The notes under the pieces are model-generated. The model was not told where the DNA came from. It searched no databases and saw nothing but the letters and a program-made list of their open reading frames with translations. Positions 10,593 through 23,541 of a stretch of 64,000 nucleotides of DNA are shown here, in pieces. Position 1 is the first letter of the stretch. Each line of letters begins with the position of its first letter. The position numbers and the translations under genes were made by a program. The stretch lies in NCBI RefSeq assembly GCF_001677475.2, contig NZ_CP015229.1; one strand, given 5' to 3'. Source of the stretch: Escherichia coli (GTDB lineage Bacteria > Pseudomonadota > Gammaproteobacteria > Enterobacterales > Enterobacteriaceae).

Positions 10593-11558
10593 TTACTTAA
10601 CTTCCATCCCTTTCGCCTGCAAATCGGCGTGGTAAGACGAGCGGACAAACGGACCGCATGCAGCATGGGTAAAGCCCATCGCCAGCGCTTCGGCTTTCAT
10701 TTCGTCGAACTCATCCGGGCTAACGTAACGTTGAACCGGCAGGTGATGGCGGCTTGGCTGCAAATATTGCCCCAGCGTTAGCATCGTCACACCATGACGG
10801 CGCAGGTCGCGCATTACCTCAATAATTTCTTCATTGGTTTCACCCAGACCCACCATCAGACCAGACTTGGTCGGGATTTCCGGATGCGCTTCTTTAAAGC
10901 GTTCCAGCAGCTTCAGCGACCAGTTGTAATCTGCACCAGGCCGTACCTGACGGTAAATACGCGGTACGTTTTCCAGGTTATGGTTGAACACATCTGGTGG
11001 TGTGGCGGTCAGAATATCCAGAGCACGATCCATACGACCGCGGAAATCCGGCACCAGAGTTTCAATTTTGATTTGCGGGCTTTTTTCCCGAATGGCAGTA
11101 ATGCAATCCGCAAAGTGTTGGGCACCGCCATCGCGCAGGTCATCACGGTCAACGGAGGTGATAACCACATAACGCAGCGCCATATCGGCAATGGTCTGCG
11201 CCAGTTTCACTGGTTCATTGGCATCCGGAGCTACCGGGCGACCGTGGGCAACGTCACAGAACGGACAACGGCGGGTACAAATAGCGCCGAGGATCATAAA
11301 CGTTGCTGTGCCGTGGTTGAAGCATTCCGCCAGGTTAGGGCAGGAGGCTTCCTCGCAGACAGAATGCAGGCCATTTTTGCGCATTGCGGCTTTGATGCCC
11401 TGGATACGTGTAGAGTCCGCTGGAAGCTTGATTTTCATCCATTCCGGCTTGCGCAGCAGGGCTTCGCGCTCTGTTGCCACGTTTTTAACCGGGATAAGGG
11501 CCATCTTATCGGCATCGCGGTATTTAACACCGCGTTCCATCACAATGGGTTTACTCAT
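10593..11558 (-). CDS. lipA: lipoyl synthase
   Basis: 321-aa [28 protein letters not shown]... with radical-SAM CxxxCxxC. Confidence 0.95.
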
Positions 11559-11766
11559 AGCGTGCGTGTTCCAGTTGCGAATTACGAAGGAAAGCGTTTC
11601 AATTCAATAGATTGTTGTAATTATCAACTATTTTTGAATTAACGACTGGCAGTATATCATTGAAACGGACCTGAAAGCAGCCAAAGCGGTCGCGAAAATG
11701 TAAAATTGTTGTTGGATTGTGCCATTTTTTCGCTCTTCGCTGTGATCTGGCTGTAACAATACTTTT

Positions 11767-12720
11767 TCAAAATGCATTACGGATAACATCTATTACCCCG
11801 TGCAGGATGGGATCACGCAGGCTGAATTTGTTGTAGTGGATAGAGAAATCTATTTGCTCCTCATTTAAGGACGGAAAAGGCAGTTTTTCTAGCGGCCAAC
11901 AACGGCTAAACAGGTTATAAAAACGGCTGGGAATAATCGCTAACATGTCACTGTTGGCAACCAGTGCAGCGATTGTCAAAATGTTGTAGCTGGTGAAACT
12001 GATTTGCCGGTCCGGAAACATCTCTTGAACTCTCTGCCGCAGACCGCTGAAATTTTGCCCTTCCGGTAACAGGAGTATATGCGCAGCGTTGTCGATAGTC
12101 TCCCTGTCATCTTCTAAAGAGAGTAGTGGATTTCCCTCACGGCAAATTAACACCATATTGTCGGTGAACAGAACATGATGTTGCACCGTACGATTGGTGC
12201 AAAACATGTTATCGATGATGAGATCGGTTTGAAACTGACTGAGTTGGTTTTCCGCGTCGCTGATGGGCGGGTTGCGCAGTAAAAGCTGCGGATAGTGAGT
12301 TTTAATCGCCCGATAGATGACAGGAAGGACCAGGGCTCCGACCGAGGGGGTGGTCGCAATAGTTATCGTTCGTTGCTTATCATAGCTTCCTTCGATATCC
12401 AGCGCGCCAAGAATGGACTCAAGGCCCTGACTGATATACTCATGTAGATGCATCGCAAATGCGGTAGGAGTGACACCCTGGCCTTTGCGAATAAACAATG
12501 GGTCAGGGAATATAACGCGCAGTTTCTGAATAGACTGACTGATTGCCGAGGGTGTCAGATTAAGCACTTTCGCTGCATTAACGATCCCTTTATGTACATA
12601 TACAGCTTCAAAAATAGTCAGAAGGTTAAGATCAATATTTCGTAAGGTTGTAAATATTTGTGGTTTACCTTCTGACGACTTTCTGCTTAAACAGGTTTCA
12701 ATTTGATTATTACTATCCAC
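11767..12720 (-). CDS. ybeF: LysR-family transcriptional regulator YbeF
   Basis: 317-aa ORF with N-terminal HTH (LNLLTIFEAVYVHKGIVNAAKVLNLTPSAISQSIQKLR). Confidence 0.85.
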   Translation of the reverse strand: MDSNNQIETCLSRKSSEGKPQIFTTLRNIDLNLLTIFEAVYVHKGIVNAAKVLNLTPSAISQSIQKLRVIFPDPLFIRKGQGVTPTAFAMHLHEYISQGLESILGALDIEGSYDKQRTITIATTPSVGALVLPVIYRAIKTHYPQLLLRNPPISDAENQLSQFQTDLIIDNMFCTNRTVQHHVLFTDNMVLICREGNPLLSLEDDRETIDNAAHILLLPEGQNFSGLRQRVQEMFPDRQISFTSYNILTIAALVANSDMLAIIPSRFYNLFSRCWPLEKLPFPSLNEEQIDFSIHYNKFSLRDPILHGVIDVIRNAF

Positions 12721-12979
12721 GCACTTACTCCAATTTTATTCATGGAAAAATAATATTTAAAAAAATTACAATAATCTTATGTCTAATTGGAACGGAACGC
12801 TTTTGCTCACCATAATCAACTATTTCAATAAGTTAATCAATGGGGTGAGTTACGGAGCAAGGCGTAGCATCGCATTTCTGCAAGTGATAAAGAAAATATA
12901 CAAACGCGAAGGAGATGTAAAGCATTAGCGGGTATTATGAGTAATGACCCAGTGTAAATTGGGCCATTGAGGTATGCAA

Positions 12980-13621
12980 TTAAGCGGTAATATATTCGAA
13001 GTCAGGATTGTTTAGTAGCGCTAAAATATTTTCCAGTAAACGTGGTGCAATATTATTAGTCGTCGCTTCGGGTTTCCATTGTGATATTTTAGCCATTTCC
13101 ATTCCGGCATACCCACAAGGATTAATACGTAAAAATGGTGAAAGATCCATATTGACGTTTAATGCCAGACCGTGGAATGAACAACCGCGTCGAATACGTA
13201 AACCCAGTGAGCAAATTTTCTTTTCCCCGACATAGACACCAGGCGCGTCAGCCCGAGGATGCGCTTCTATACCCAGTTCAGCCAGGGTATTCACCACTGT
13301 TTGCTCAAGCAAGGTCACCAGTTCACGCACACCGAGTTTACGGCGTTTCAGGTTAAGCAACACATACATCACCTGTTGCCCCGGCCCGTGATAAGTCACC
13401 TGCCCACCGCGATCGCTCTGAATCACCGGAATATCACCCGGCATTAAAATGTGCTCCGCTTTTCCTGCCTGCCCTTGAGTGAATACCGGATAGTGCTCGA
13501 CCAGCCAGATTTCATCAAGGGTACTTTCATCGCGGGTATCGGTGAATTCATGCATAGCCTGGGAGATTGGCTCGTAAGGCTGAAGACCGAGCTGGCGGAC
13601 AAGAATTTTATCCTGATACAA
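12980..13621 (-). CDS. lipB: octanoyltransferase LipB; apparent TTG start
   Basis: 213-aa ORF (M)[22 protein letters not shown]...; the first codon, reverse-complement of 13619..13621, is TTG. Confidence 0.9.
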   Translation of the reverse strand: MYQDKILVRQLGLQPYEPISQAMHEFTDTRDESTLDEIWLVEHYPVFTQGQAGKAEHILMPGDIPVIQSDRGGQVTYHGPGQQVMYVLLNLKRRKLGVRELVTLLEQTVVNTLAELGIEAHPRADAPGVYVGEKKICSLGLRIRRGCSFHGLALNVNMDLSPFLRINPCGYAGMEMAKISQWKPEATTNNIAPRLLENILALLNNPDFEYITA

Positions 13622-13721
13622 AACGGCATCTCCGTGGAGAATGAGTAAAAGTGGGGGAAAAGTATATCACAGCGAGGAGAGGGGAGTTACCCGACCAGGA
13701 GCCGGGTAACGGAGAAGCGAG

Positions 13722-13985
13722 TTACAGAACCATGCGGACAATATCGATTTTGCCCAGTTCTTCATACAGTGTTTCAACCTGCTCGATATGAGTCGCGTTG
13801 ATAGTGATAGATACCGAGTGGTAGTTGCCTTTGCTGCTTGGTTTTACCGTTGGGGTGTAGTCACCTGGCGCATGGCGCTGTACCACTTCAACCACCTGAT
13901 CAACCAGCTCAGGTAACGCCTGCCCCATAACTTTGTAAGTAAAAGGAGTAGGGAATTCAAGCAGTTCGTTAAGTTTGGTTTTCAT
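13722..13985 (-). CDS. ybeD: UPF0250 protein YbeD
   Basis: 87-aa [33 protein letters not shown]... Confidence 0.9.
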
Positions 13986-14094
13986 GTCAGCTCCGGCGTA
14001 ACGTAATTAAATAGCAACTCCCGCCAGAAGGCGGGAGTTTTTTACTGATGCTTAGTATATGGGGACGGAAATTACACTTTCAAGTGTTCAATTT

Positions 14095-15306
14095 TTAACC
14101 AAACCAGTGATGGAACATTAATTTAATGTAATCAATGATTTTGCCGAAGAAGTTACCTTCCGGGATTTCTTGCAACACAACCAGCGGGCGTTGCTCGATC
14201 GTTTTGCCATCAAGCTGGAAGTTGATAGTTCCGACGACCTGATTCTTTTGCAGCGGCGCATGCAATTCACTGCTGTTCAGCACATAGCTGGCTTTCAGAT
14301 CTTTCATGCGACCACGCGGAATGGTCAGGTACACGTCTTTATCAACCCCTAACGAAGCGCGATCAGAATCACCAAACCAAACCGGTTCAGAGGCGAACTC
14401 TTTACCTACTTTCAGTGGGTTAACGGTTTCGAAGAAACGGAAGCCCCAGGTCAGCAGTTTTTTACTTTCGGCTTCACGGCCTTTAAAAGTACGTCCGCCC
14501 ATCACCGCAGAGATCAAGCGCATCTGGCCTTCAGTCGCAGAAGCAACAAGGTTGTAACCTGCTTTGTCAGTGTGTCCGGTTTTGATGCCGTCGACATTCA
14601 GGCTGTTATCCCATAACAGACCGTTACGGTTCAGCTGGCGAATACCGTTAAACGTAAATTCTTTTTCTTTATAGATCGAGTATTCATTTGGTACGTCACG
14701 GATCAACGCCTGGCCGATCAGCGCCATATCGCGCGCGGAGCTGTACTGACCATCAGCATCCAGACCATGTACCGTCTGGAAGTGGGTATTTTTCAGGCCC
14801 AGGGCGTTAACGTAGCTGTTCATCAAGCCAACAAAAGCGTCCTGGCTACCAGCGGCAAAATCGGCCATGGCGACGCAAGCATCGTTACCCGATTGCAGGT
14901 TAATACCGCGGATCAGCTGAGAAACCGGAACCTGCATGCCCGGTTTGAGGAACATCAGCGAAGAACCTTTAAACACCGGGTTACCGGTGGCCCATGCGTC
15001 GTTGCCGATAGTGACTAAATCAGTTTCTTTAAATTTACCGGCTTTCATTGCCTGGCCGATAACGTAACTGGTCATCATTTTGGTCAGGCTGGCAGGATCG
15101 CGGCGGACATCTGCGTTCTGTTCGGCGAGCACTTTGCCGGAGTTATAGTCAATCAGGATGTAGGACTCCGCGTCGATCTGCGGTACACCCGGGATCATAG
15201 TTTTGATATTCAGGTCATCGGCATGTGCAGCAGAGATAAAGGCTGTGCAAAGAGCCGTGGTGAGCGCCAGGCGCTTCATGATACGAGCGGAAAAAATGGT
15301 ATTCAT
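14095..15306 (-). CDS. dacA: D-alanyl-D-alanine carboxypeptidase PBP5
   Basis: 403-aa ORF with signal peptide and SxxK motif ([14 protein letters not shown]). Confidence 0.95.
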
Positions 15307-15445
15307 GGTCTGAACTACGACATCCGTGATGGAATTAAAAAAAGTGCCCTACTATAGCAAATGCACTACCGGCAGGCATCTGACTTTCCGCGTGACTTTG
15401 TTAACGTCATTTACAGAAATTGACACATCAGATGCCTGCTTTACG

Positions 15446-16534
15446 CTACTGCGCGGTGGTAATAAATGACTGTAATTGGGCTTCGGTTTGCAAACGTTGC
15501 TGCAAGGTACTGGCTTCGGCTTTGCTGGCGAATGGGCCAAGCTGGATCCGCCAGACCGCGCCATTTTGAGTTACGCGACCGGGGACGCCGAACTTCTGTC
15601 CCAGTTGCTGTTGGTACTGTTGCGCACGCGCCTGATCGCTTACGGCCCCAACTTGCACCATAAAGTTGCCGCTGGCGCTTTGCGAGGCGGCTTGCGGTGT
15701 CACCATTGCAGGCGAGGTTGCAGGCGTTGTCGACGGAGCTGTAACAACGGGCTGTGGCGCAGGTGTTGGTTCGCTGCCTTCCAGAACACCAGGCGCTAAG
15801 GTCGTTGGTGCACCGAGGAAACCGCTGCTGGTTACCGGCGCGCCGGTCGGATCTTCGCTTTTTAGCGTCGAATTACTGACCGGAAGAATGTCACCCTGCG
15901 GGCCAGACACTGAACTTGTTCCCGCGCCACCGCTTAAATCGGGAGGTGCAGGCAGGGCATAAGTCTGTTTAGCAACTGTGGTACAGGCCATACCAGGACC
16001 AGAAAGCGAACCATCCTGGGCGACAATAATCGGATCGATACGAACTTTGGTGTTGTTTGACGTGTTAAGACGGTCAGCTGCCGCGCGAGAAAGCGAAATA
16101 ACGCGGTCGTTGCCGTAAGGACCGCGATCATTAATGCGCACCACGATCATTCGCCCGTTAGCCAGGTTAGTGATTCTGGCGTAGCTGGGGATCGGAAGCG
16201 TTGGATGGGCCGCCGTCAACTGTGTCGGATCGAATGCTTCGCCAGAGGCCGTCAGGTTACTGCCGGGTTCGGCATCATAGATTGCCGCCAGTCCCGCCAG
16301 GCTAAATCGAGACGGATCCTGTACGATTTTGTAGCTTTTACCGTCGCGCTGGTAATCCTGGTTTGCCGTCGCGTTCAGTGGTTCGAAACGCGGGTCCGCC
16401 CCGCTAATTTCAACTATGGGGCCGTTACATACCGCAGGCTGCGGTACACTTACCGTCTGTTGCTGACCATCATCGCTTGTACATGCCGCGAGCATTCCTG
16501 CCGCGATGCAGATCCCGAGCCACTGCTTACGCAT
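15446..16534 (-). CDS. rlpA: septal lytic transglycosylase / rare lipoprotein A
   Basis: 362-aa ORF MRKQWLGICIAAGMLAACTSDDGQQ... (lipobox), Pro/Thr/Ser-rich linker and C-terminal SPOR-like region. Confidence 0.9.
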   Translation of the reverse strand: MRKQWLGICIAAGMLAACTSDDGQQQTVSVPQPAVCNGPIVEISGADPRFEPLNATANQDYQRDGKSYKIVQDPSRFSLAGLAAIYDAEPGSNLTASGEAFDPTQLTAAHPTLPIPSYARITNLANGRMIVVRINDRGPYGNDRVISLSRAAADRLNTSNNTKVRIDPIIVAQDGSLSGPGMACTTVAKQTYALPAPPDLSGGAGTSSVSGPQGDILPVSNSTLKSEDPTGAPVTSSGFLGAPTTLAPGVLEGSEPTPAPQPVVTAPSTTPATSPAMVTPQAASQSASGNFMVQVGAVSDQARAQQYQQQLGQKFGVPGRVTQNGAVWRIQLGPFASKAEASTLQQRLQTEAQLQSFITTAQ

Positions 16535-16544
16535 TGCGCACCTC

Positions 16545-17657
16545 TTACACGCTTTTCGACAACATTTTCCTGTGGGTGTGGATTGACATTACAATCCCGA
16601 ACCCAGCCATCAGCACAATAAGCGCCGATCCTCCATAACTGACCAGTGGGAGCGGAACCCCTACAACCGGCAGAATACCGCTTACCATACCAATATTTAC
16701 GAAGACATAAACGAATAATATCAGCATTAAGCCGCCAGCCATGACGCGACCAAAGGTGGTTTGCGCTCTGGCGGCTATCCACAGCCCGCGCATGATCAGC
16801 AGAATGTAAAGAGCGAGCAGAATCAAAATGCCCACTAATCCCAGCTCTTCCGCCAGTACCGCGAAGATAAAGTCGGTATGGCGTTCGGGGAGAAATTCAA
16901 GCTGTGACTGAGTGCCATGCAGCCAGCCTTTGCCGCGTAATCCGCCGGAGCCAATAGCAATTTTAGACTGAATAATGTGATAGCCCGCGCCGAGTGGGTC
17001 TGATTCCGGGTCCAGGAGCATCATTACGCGCTGGCGCTGGTAATCATGCATCAGGAAGAACCACAGAATAGGAATGAACGCCGCCACCAGCACTACTGCG
17101 ACGCCAATCAGACGCCAGCTAAGGCCAGAGAGGAACAGTACAAACAGACCGGAAAGCGCAACGAGGATTGATGTCCCCAGGTCAGGCTGCGCAGCCACCA
17201 GCAGCGTGGGCATAAATATCAGCACCAGCGCGATGCCTGTGTTCTTCAACGACGGCGGGCAAACGTCGCGGTTGATAAAGCGCGCAACCATCAGTGGTAC
17301 GGCTATTTTGGCAATTTCCGACGGCTGAAAACGAACAATACCGAGGTCCAGCCAGCGTTGAGCGCCTTTAGAGATGGCACCGAAAGCATCTACCGCCACC
17401 AGCAAAATAATACAGATGATATAGAGATAGGGGGCCCAGCCTTCATAAACGCGTGGAGGAATTTGCGCCATCACCACCATGATGACCAGACCCATCGCGA
17501 TTTGGCCTATTTTACGCTCCATCATGCCAATATCCTGACCGCTGGCGCTCCAGATAACCAGGGCGCTGTAAACCAGCAATGCCAGTAAAATCAGCAGCAT
17601 TGTGGGATCGAGATGGACTTTATCCCAGAATGTTTTTTTATTCGGATTATCCGTCAT
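16545..17657 (-). CDS. mrdB: peptidoglycan glycosyltransferase RodA (SEDS family)
   Basis: 370-aa polytopic membrane [28 protein letters not shown]... Confidence 0.95.
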   Translation of the reverse strand: MTDNPNKKTFWDKVHLDPTMLLILLALLVYSALVIWSASGQDIGMMERKIGQIAMGLVIMVVMAQIPPRVYEGWAPYLYIICIILLVAVDAFGAISKGAQRWLDLGIVRFQPSEIAKIAVPLMVARFINRDVCPPSLKNTGIALVLIFMPTLLVAAQPDLGTSILVALSGLFVLFLSGLSWRLIGVAVVLVAAFIPILWFFLMHDYQRQRVMMLLDPESDPLGAGYHIIQSKIAIGSGGLRGKGWLHGTQSQLEFLPERHTDFIFAVLAEELGLVGILILLALYILLIMRGLWIAARAQTTFGRVMAGGLMLILFVYVFVNIGMVSGILPVVGVPLPLVSYGGSALIVLMAGFGIVMSIHTHRKMLSKSV

Positions 17658-17659
17658 GA

Positions 17660-19561
17660 TTAATGGTCCTCCGCTGCGGCAACCGCTGGATTTTCCGCAG
17701 GCAGATCGGTGTTGTTATCACCCAGCATAATGTGGTCGAGGATCTGGCGCATCAGCGTACCAACCGCTGGACCCGCGCCACCGTTCTCCAGAATCATGGC
17801 GACAGCCACTTGCGGATTGTTGTATGGCGCAAAGGCAGTCATCAGTTTGTGGTCACGTAAACGCTCGGCAATTTTGTGCGCATTATAGGTTTCGTTCGCT
17901 TTCAGACCGAAGACCTGAGCTGTACCAGATTTCGCCGCAATTTTGTACGGTGCGCTGGCAAAGTATTTATGCGCCGTACCGTTAGGGCGGTTAGCAACAC
18001 CGTACATACCGTCTTTCGCCAGCTCCCAGTAACCGGAATGAATATCGCCGACGGGTGGTTCATGCGGTTGTACCCATGGCACCTGTTTGCCGTCTTCGGC
18101 GGTGCTCATCAGCAAATGCGGAACCTTCACGATACCGTCATTAATCAGGATCATCAGTGCCTTACTCATCTGGATTGGGGTCGCTGTCCAGTAACCCTGG
18201 CCGATACCAACCGGAATGGTGTCACCCTGATACCACGGTTTTTTAAAGCGTTTCTGTTTCCATTCGCGGGTAGGCATGTTGCCGGAACGTTCTTCCGCCA
18301 GGTCGATACCGGTATAATGACCATAACCGAATTTACCCATCCATTCGGAGAGGCGATCGATCCCCATATCGTAGGCCACCTGATAGAAGAAGGTATCCGC
18401 AGATTCTTCCAGCGATCTTGTGACATTCAGACGCCCGTGGCCCCATTTTTTCCAGTCACGATAACGTTTTTCCGAACCTGGCAGTTGCCACCAGCCTGGG
18501 TCAAACAGCGTCGTATTGCGCGTGATCACCCCGGCGCTTAATGCCGAAACCGCCACATAGGGTTTAACTGTAGACGCGGGAGGATAAACCCCCTGTGTGG
18601 CGCGGTTCACCAGCGGTGTATTCGGGTCGTTCAGCAAGGCGGAATAATCTTTGCTGGAGATACCGTCAACAAATAGGTTTGGGTCATAACTAGGCGTGGA
18701 AACCAGCGCCAGCACCCCACCTGTACGCGGATCGGTGACTACCACAGCTGCGCGGCTACCCGCCAGCAGCGTTTCAATATATTGCTGGAGTTTGAGATCC
18801 AGCGTCAGGTAAATATCGTGTCCGGCTTGCGGTGGCACTTCTTTTAACTGGCGGATAACACGCCCACGGTTGTTAACTTCAACCTCTTCATAACCAGTCT
18901 GACCGTGCAGCACGTCTTCATAGTAACGCTCAATGCCCAGCTTACCTATATCATGCGTTGCCGCATAGTTGGCCAGTTTGCCGTCATTATTCAGGCGTTC
19001 GACGTCTTTATCGTTGATTTTCGACACATAGCCGATGACGTGGGTCAACGCCGAACCGTAAGGATAGTAACGACGTTTATAGCCTTTAACTTCAACACCC
19101 GGAAAACGGTACTGATTGACGGCAAAGCGAGCTACTTGTACTTCGGTCAGGTTAGTTTTCACCGGAATGGAGGTGAAACGGTGTGAACGTGCGCGCTCTT
19201 TTCGGAATGCAGCAATATCGTCATCGGTCAGATCAACCACGCTGCGCAAAGCGTCCAGCGTTTGCTGCACGTTATCGACTTTCTCCGGCATCATCTCTAT
19301 CTGGTAGATAGTGCGGTTAAGTGCCAGAGGGATACCGTTACGGTCGTAGATAATGCCGCGGCTGGGCGCGATAGGCACCAGCTTAATGCGGTTTTCATTA
19401 GAGCGGGTCTGGTAATCGGTAAAGCGAACAATTTGCAGATTATACAGGTTGGCGATAAGCACGCCGGTCAGCAGCAAAATCCCCAAAAAGGCGACCAGCG
19501 CCCGGCGCACAAACAGCGCGGACTCTGCCGTATAGTCGCGAAAAGAGTTCTGTAGTTTCAT
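17660..19561 (-). CDS. mrdA: penicillin-binding protein 2 (elongasome transpeptidase)
   Basis: 633-aa [30 protein letters not shown]...; immediately upstream of mrdB. Confidence 0.95.
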   Translation of the reverse strand: MKLQNSFRDYTAESALFVRRALVAFLGILLLTGVLIANLYNLQIVRFTDYQTRSNENRIKLVPIAPSRGIIYDRNGIPLALNRTIYQIEMMPEKVDNVQQTLDALRSVVDLTDDDIAAFRKERARSHRFTSIPVKTNLTEVQVARFAVNQYRFPGVEVKGYKRRYYPYGSALTHVIGYVSKINDKDVERLNNDGKLANYAATHDIGKLGIERYYEDVLHGQTGYEEVEVNNRGRVIRQLKEVPPQAGHDIYLTLDLKLQQYIETLLAGSRAAVVVTDPRTGGVLALVSTPSYDPNLFVDGISSKDYSALLNDPNTPLVNRATQGVYPPASTVKPYVAVSALSAGVITRNTTLFDPGWWQLPGSEKRYRDWKKWGHGRLNVTRSLEESADTFFYQVAYDMGIDRLSEWMGKFGYGHYTGIDLAEERSGNMPTREWKQKRFKKPWYQGDTIPVGIGQGYWTATPIQMSKALMILINDGIVKVPHLLMSTAEDGKQVPWVQPHEPPVGDIHSGYWELAKDGMYGVANRPNGTAHKYFASAPYKIAAKSGTAQVFGLKANETYNAHKIAERLRDHKLMTAFAPYNNPQVAVAMILENGGAGPAVGTLMRQILDHIMLGDNNTDLPAENPAVAAAEDH

Positions 19562-19591
19562 CCGCTGCGTTTTCTACTCAAAGCTCCCTTA

Positions 19592-20059
19592 TCACTCACG
19601 GTGATAAGGATGGTTGGTGGTGATGCTCCACGCCCGGTACAGACTCTCTGCGACCAGCACGCGAACCAGCGGATGGGGGAGGGTAAGCGCCGACAGCGAC
19701 CAGCTCTGCTCTGCCGCCGCTTTACAGGCAGGCGACAACCCTTCAGGCCCGCCAATCAGTAGACTGACGTCGCGACCATCCAGCTTCCAGCGTTCCAGCT
19801 CAGCGGCTAACTGCGGCGTATCCCAGGGCTTGCCTGGAATATCGAGGGTGACAATGCGGTTTTTGCCTGCGGCCGCCAACATCTGCTCACCCTCTTTGTC
19901 GAGTATGCGCTTGATGTCCGCATTCTTGCCGCGTTTTCCGGCCGGAATTTCAATCAGCTCGAAGGGCATATCTTTCGGAAAACGACGCAGGTACTCGGTA
20001 AAACCGGTTTGTACCCAGTCCGGCATTTTCGTTCCCACGGCGACAAGTTGCAGCTTCAC
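19592..20059 (-). CDS. rlmH: 23S rRNA (pseudouridine1915-N3)-methyltransferase RlmH
   Basis: 155-aa [30 protein letters not shown]... Confidence 0.9.
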
Positions 20060-20062
20060 GCA

Positions 20063-20398
<336 letters not shown>

Positions 20399-20639
20399 TC
20401 AAATAGATAAAAATGGTCTGTCAGTATACCTGAACCAGAGGCGATTTCGGGACAATTGTCGCCGAATCGGCTTTCGAAAGTGGGCTATCATCCCACCCCG
20501 CGCCGCAGATTGCATCGCCATTTTTGTAAAACAATTTCTACAAAGTCGTGTCTGGCGAAAAAAGTCTGGCTGCGGAGAATATCAGCCTGCCCGGGGCTGT
20601 CAATGGTCGTTGCGGCTTACCCGTAAAAAAACAGAAAAG

Positions 20640-21251
20640 TCATGCATTCTCGACCCCGATGGCACGGCTATTGAGGACGCGTAGCGTCGCGAATTTTTGG
20701 TTGATATCAATGGCGCTCCAACACCCCTGGTCAACGCGAAAATGCCACATAGCTTCGGCAGGCATACCAATTAAACGGGCGATTAACAGACTCAGTACAC
20801 CCTGATGGCTGACGACTAAAATATTCTGATAGTGCTGAAATTCACTAAGCCTTGCGATAAACCGTTCCACTCGTTGTGAAAATGCCTGAAATCCTTCACC
20901 GTTCGTGGGGATAGCATGCTGCCAGTCATTGCACCACGCGCTATAGTTTTCGGCATCTTCTTGCATGAGGTCGCGATGATGTCGCATCTCCCAGTCGCCA
21001 AAAAACATTTCGTTGAGTTCAGGGATGATTTGCACGGGAAGCTGGCGATCACTGAGAACCAGTCGCGCGGTATGCTGTGCCCGTTCCAGTTCACTGCATA
21101 AAACCAGGTCAAAGGAAACATCATCTAGCAGCGTATGCAGATTTTGCGCTTGCTCAATACCGCGCGCGGTCAGGGGAGTGGGCGCATGACCGCTGTACAG
21201 ACCATCGACATTCGCTTGCGTTTCGCCATGACGAATTAACCACAGTCGCAT
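20640..21251 (-). CDS. cobC: adenosylcobalamin/alpha-ribazole phosphatase (histidine phosphatase family)
   Basis: ORF 20640..21254; start at second Met gives 203 aa MRLWLIRHGETQANVDGLYSGH... (RHG motif). Confidence 0.85.
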   Translation of the reverse strand: MRLWLIRHGETQANVDGLYSGHAPTPLTARGIEQAQNLHTLLDDVSFDLVLCSELERAQHTARLVLSDRQLPVQIIPELNEMFFGDWEMRHHRDLMQEDAENYSAWCNDWQHAIPTNGEGFQAFSQRVERFIARLSEFQHYQNILVVSHQGVLSLLIARLIGMPAEAMWHFRVDQGCWSAIDINQKFATLRVLNSRAIGVENA

Positions 21252-21274
21252 CATGCCCTCCGTAACGACAGGTA

Positions 21275-21916
21275 TCAGCGATACAAGCCTTGTTGGTTAA
21301 TGTAAGTCAGTACCGGTTCCGGCAATAAATCCTCACACGATTCACCGTTTTGCAAACGTTCGCGGATGATGGTCGCCGAGATGTTAAACCACGGCGTTTC
21401 AGCCAGATAAATTTTACCGGCAGGCTGAAGGTGAAGATCTTCCGGGTTATGTGTCAAATGATCTTCCAGCCATTGCTGGTATTGCGTTTGCGCCATTTCA
21501 AGTGGGTAACCTGGACGCCGACAGACGATCAAATGTGCATTGTCGAGTATCGTTTCGTATTCGTACCAGGTCGGAAAGGTCAGCAATGAATCCTGACCAA
21601 TAATAAACGCCAGCGGCACGTCCGGTCCTTGTTCCTGCCGCCACTCTTTCAGTGTTTGCGCAGTGTAAGAAGGGGCATTGCGCTTTAGCTCGCGTTCATC
21701 AAGAGTAAATAATGGCTTGTCGGCAATCGCCAGTTCAAGCATGTGTTTACGCTGCACGCTGTTCGCTTCCGGCTGGGGACGATGCGGAGGAACATTATTA
21801 GGAATTATTGTGACCCGCGTCAGACCAATCAAATTCGCCAGCGTTTCCACGGGTTTTAGATGACCATAGTGCACCGGATCAAAGGTGCCGCCAAACAGAG
21901 CCTGTAAAGATTTCAT
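21275..21916 (-). CDS. nadD: nicotinate-nucleotide adenylyltransferase
   Basis: 213-aa [27 protein letters not shown]... Confidence 0.95.
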   Translation of the reverse strand: MKSLQALFGGTFDPVHYGHLKPVETLANLIGLTRVTIIPNNVPPHRPQPEANSVQRKHMLELAIADKPLFTLDERELKRNAPSYTAQTLKEWRQEQGPDVPLAFIIGQDSLLTFPTWYEYETILDNAHLIVCRRPGYPLEMAQTQYQQWLEDHLTHNPEDLHLQPAGKIYLAETPWFNISATIIRERLQNGESCEDLLPEPVLTYINQQGLYR

Positions 21917-21917
21917 A

Positions 21918-22949
21918 TCAACCGTCGATAAATACGTCCGCCAGGGGTTTATGGCACAACAGAAGAGATAACCCTTCCAGCTCTGCCCACACTGACTGAC
22001 CGTAATCTTGTTTGAGGGTGAGTTCCGTTCGTGTCAGGAGTTGCACGGCCTGACGTAACTGCGGCTGGCTTAAGCGATTTAACGCCTCGCCCATCATGCC
22101 CCGGCGGTTCTGCCATACCCGATGCTTATCAAACAACGCACGCAGTGGCGTATGGGCAGACTGGCGTTTCAGGTTAACCAGTAACAACAGTTCACGTTGT
22201 AATGTGCGCAACAAAATAACCGGCTCGCTGCCTTCCAGACGCAGTTGCTGAAGAATGTGCAATGCGCGCTTGCTTTTGCCCATCAACAAAGCATCGACCC
22301 AATGAAAAGGGGTGAAATGCGCGGCATCATTCACTGCCTGCTCAACGCGCGGTAATGTCAGTTTGCCGTCCGGCCAGAGAAGCGATAAACGCTCCAGCGC
22401 CTGTGCCAGCGCCAGCAGGTTACCTTCATAACAATAGCAGAGCATCTGATTTGCAGCGTCATCCAGTTCTAAGTTGAGCTGTTTTGCACGCGCAGCAACC
22501 CAGCGAGGAAGCTGAGCCTGCTCCGGTGTCTGACAGGTTACCTGCACGCTTCGATTAGCAAGAGCAGTAAACCAGGCAGCATTTTCCTGCGCTTTGCTTA
22601 ATTTATTGCCGCGCACGATCAGCAGCAAATCGTCATGCAGCAGTCCGGTCAGTGTCAGAAGTTGGTCATTGATCGCCGCATTTGGTCCGTTTTCTGGTAA
22701 CAGCAGCAATAGCGTTTGTCGACTGGCGAACAGGCTCATGGCCTGGCATAGCGAAAATATCGCATTCCAGTCGGTGTTGGGATCAATGGAAAAAGTGTGG
22801 TGTTCTGCAAATCCTTGTGCTGCAGCTACCTGACGAACAGCGTCCTGGCTTTCCTGCAACAACAGAGGATCGTTACCAAGCAAAAGATACGCCGCGCGCA
22901 GCCCTTCATTGAGCTGCGCGCGGAGTTGTTCCGGGTACAACCGAATCAT
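21918..22949 (-). CDS. holA: DNA polymerase III delta subunit
   Basis: 343-aa [36 protein letters not shown]...; start overlaps the lptE stop by 1 nt. Confidence 0.95.
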   Translation of the reverse strand: MIRLYPEQLRAQLNEGLRAAYLLLGNDPLLLQESQDAVRQVAAAQGFAEHHTFSIDPNTDWNAIFSLCQAMSLFASRQTLLLLLPENGPNAAINDQLLTLTGLLHDDLLLIVRGNKLSKAQENAAWFTALANRSVQVTCQTPEQAQLPRWVAARAKQLNLELDDAANQMLCYCYEGNLLALAQALERLSLLWPDGKLTLPRVEQAVNDAAHFTPFHWVDALLMGKSKRALHILQQLRLEGSEPVILLRTLQRELLLLVNLKRQSAHTPLRALFDKHRVWQNRRGMMGEALNRLSQPQLRQAVQLLTRTELTLKQDYGQSVWAELEGLSLLLCHKPLADVFIDG

Positions 22950-23527
22950 CAGTTACCCAGCGTAGTAGAGACGCGTGCAGGCGTTGCTGCAGTATCCGTT
23001 GTTTTCGACGTATCTTCGTCGGAACGGATATCCGCAGCGCGGATGCTTGGCAGCTTACGTATCAGCTGTTCGGCAGCACGGTCGTACATCTCTTGAATGA
23101 TCATGCTTTGCTCATTATCTTTCGCTAACGCCATTTGCGGGTTATCGAAGAACGAACGGAAGACTTTGGCGCTAATCGGGTAGATGTCACGGCCAGGGAT
23201 CAATACTGACGCGCTGACAGTCATCACCATTTGATATTCAGCGGTTTGACCATTACGGAAAACTGAAGCGGTATCCTGGGAGATTGATACAGCACCCAAA
23301 CGCAGGGATGGAACATCCTTACGCGTGGTTTCTTTATCAAGCAACTCAACACCGTTCAGACGCAACTGATTACGCACCGCACGGCTTAACGGCCCGTTCG
23401 GGTCGCCAGAGTCCAGGATCATGACCTTCATAGTGGAAGGAACCTGCGTGGTATCACGCAGATGCCAGCCACACCCGGCGGTGATTAACACCGCCAGAGA
23501 TAACAACAATGTTGCCAGATATCGCAC
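22949..23527 (-). CDS. lptE: LPS-assembly lipoprotein LptE
   Basis: 192-aa [31 protein letters not shown]... (lipobox ITAGC). Confidence 0.95.
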   Translation of the reverse strand: MRYLATLLLSLAVLITAGCGWHLRDTTQVPSTMKVMILDSGDPNGPLSRAVRNQLRLNGVELLDKETTRKDVPSLRLGAVSISQDTASVFRNGQTAEYQMVMTVSASVLIPGRDIYPISAKVFRSFFDNPQMALAKDNEQSMIIQEMYDRAAEQLIRKLPSIRAADIRSDEDTSKTTDTAATPARVSTTLGN

Positions 23528-23541
23528 GCTTCCTCCCGCGC

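Noticed and set aside
10794-11642. 282-codon plus-strand ORF
   Set aside because: Antisense to lipA (radical-SAM enzyme clearly encoded on the minus strand); no independent support.
14016-14044. Hairpin aactcccgccagaaggcgggagtt between dacA and ybeD as a terminator for dacA
   Set aside because: The T-run follows the hairpin on the plus strand, but the flanking genes are on the minus strand; on the minus strand the hairpin is followed by only a weak U-stretch. May be a stability element rather than an efficient terminator.
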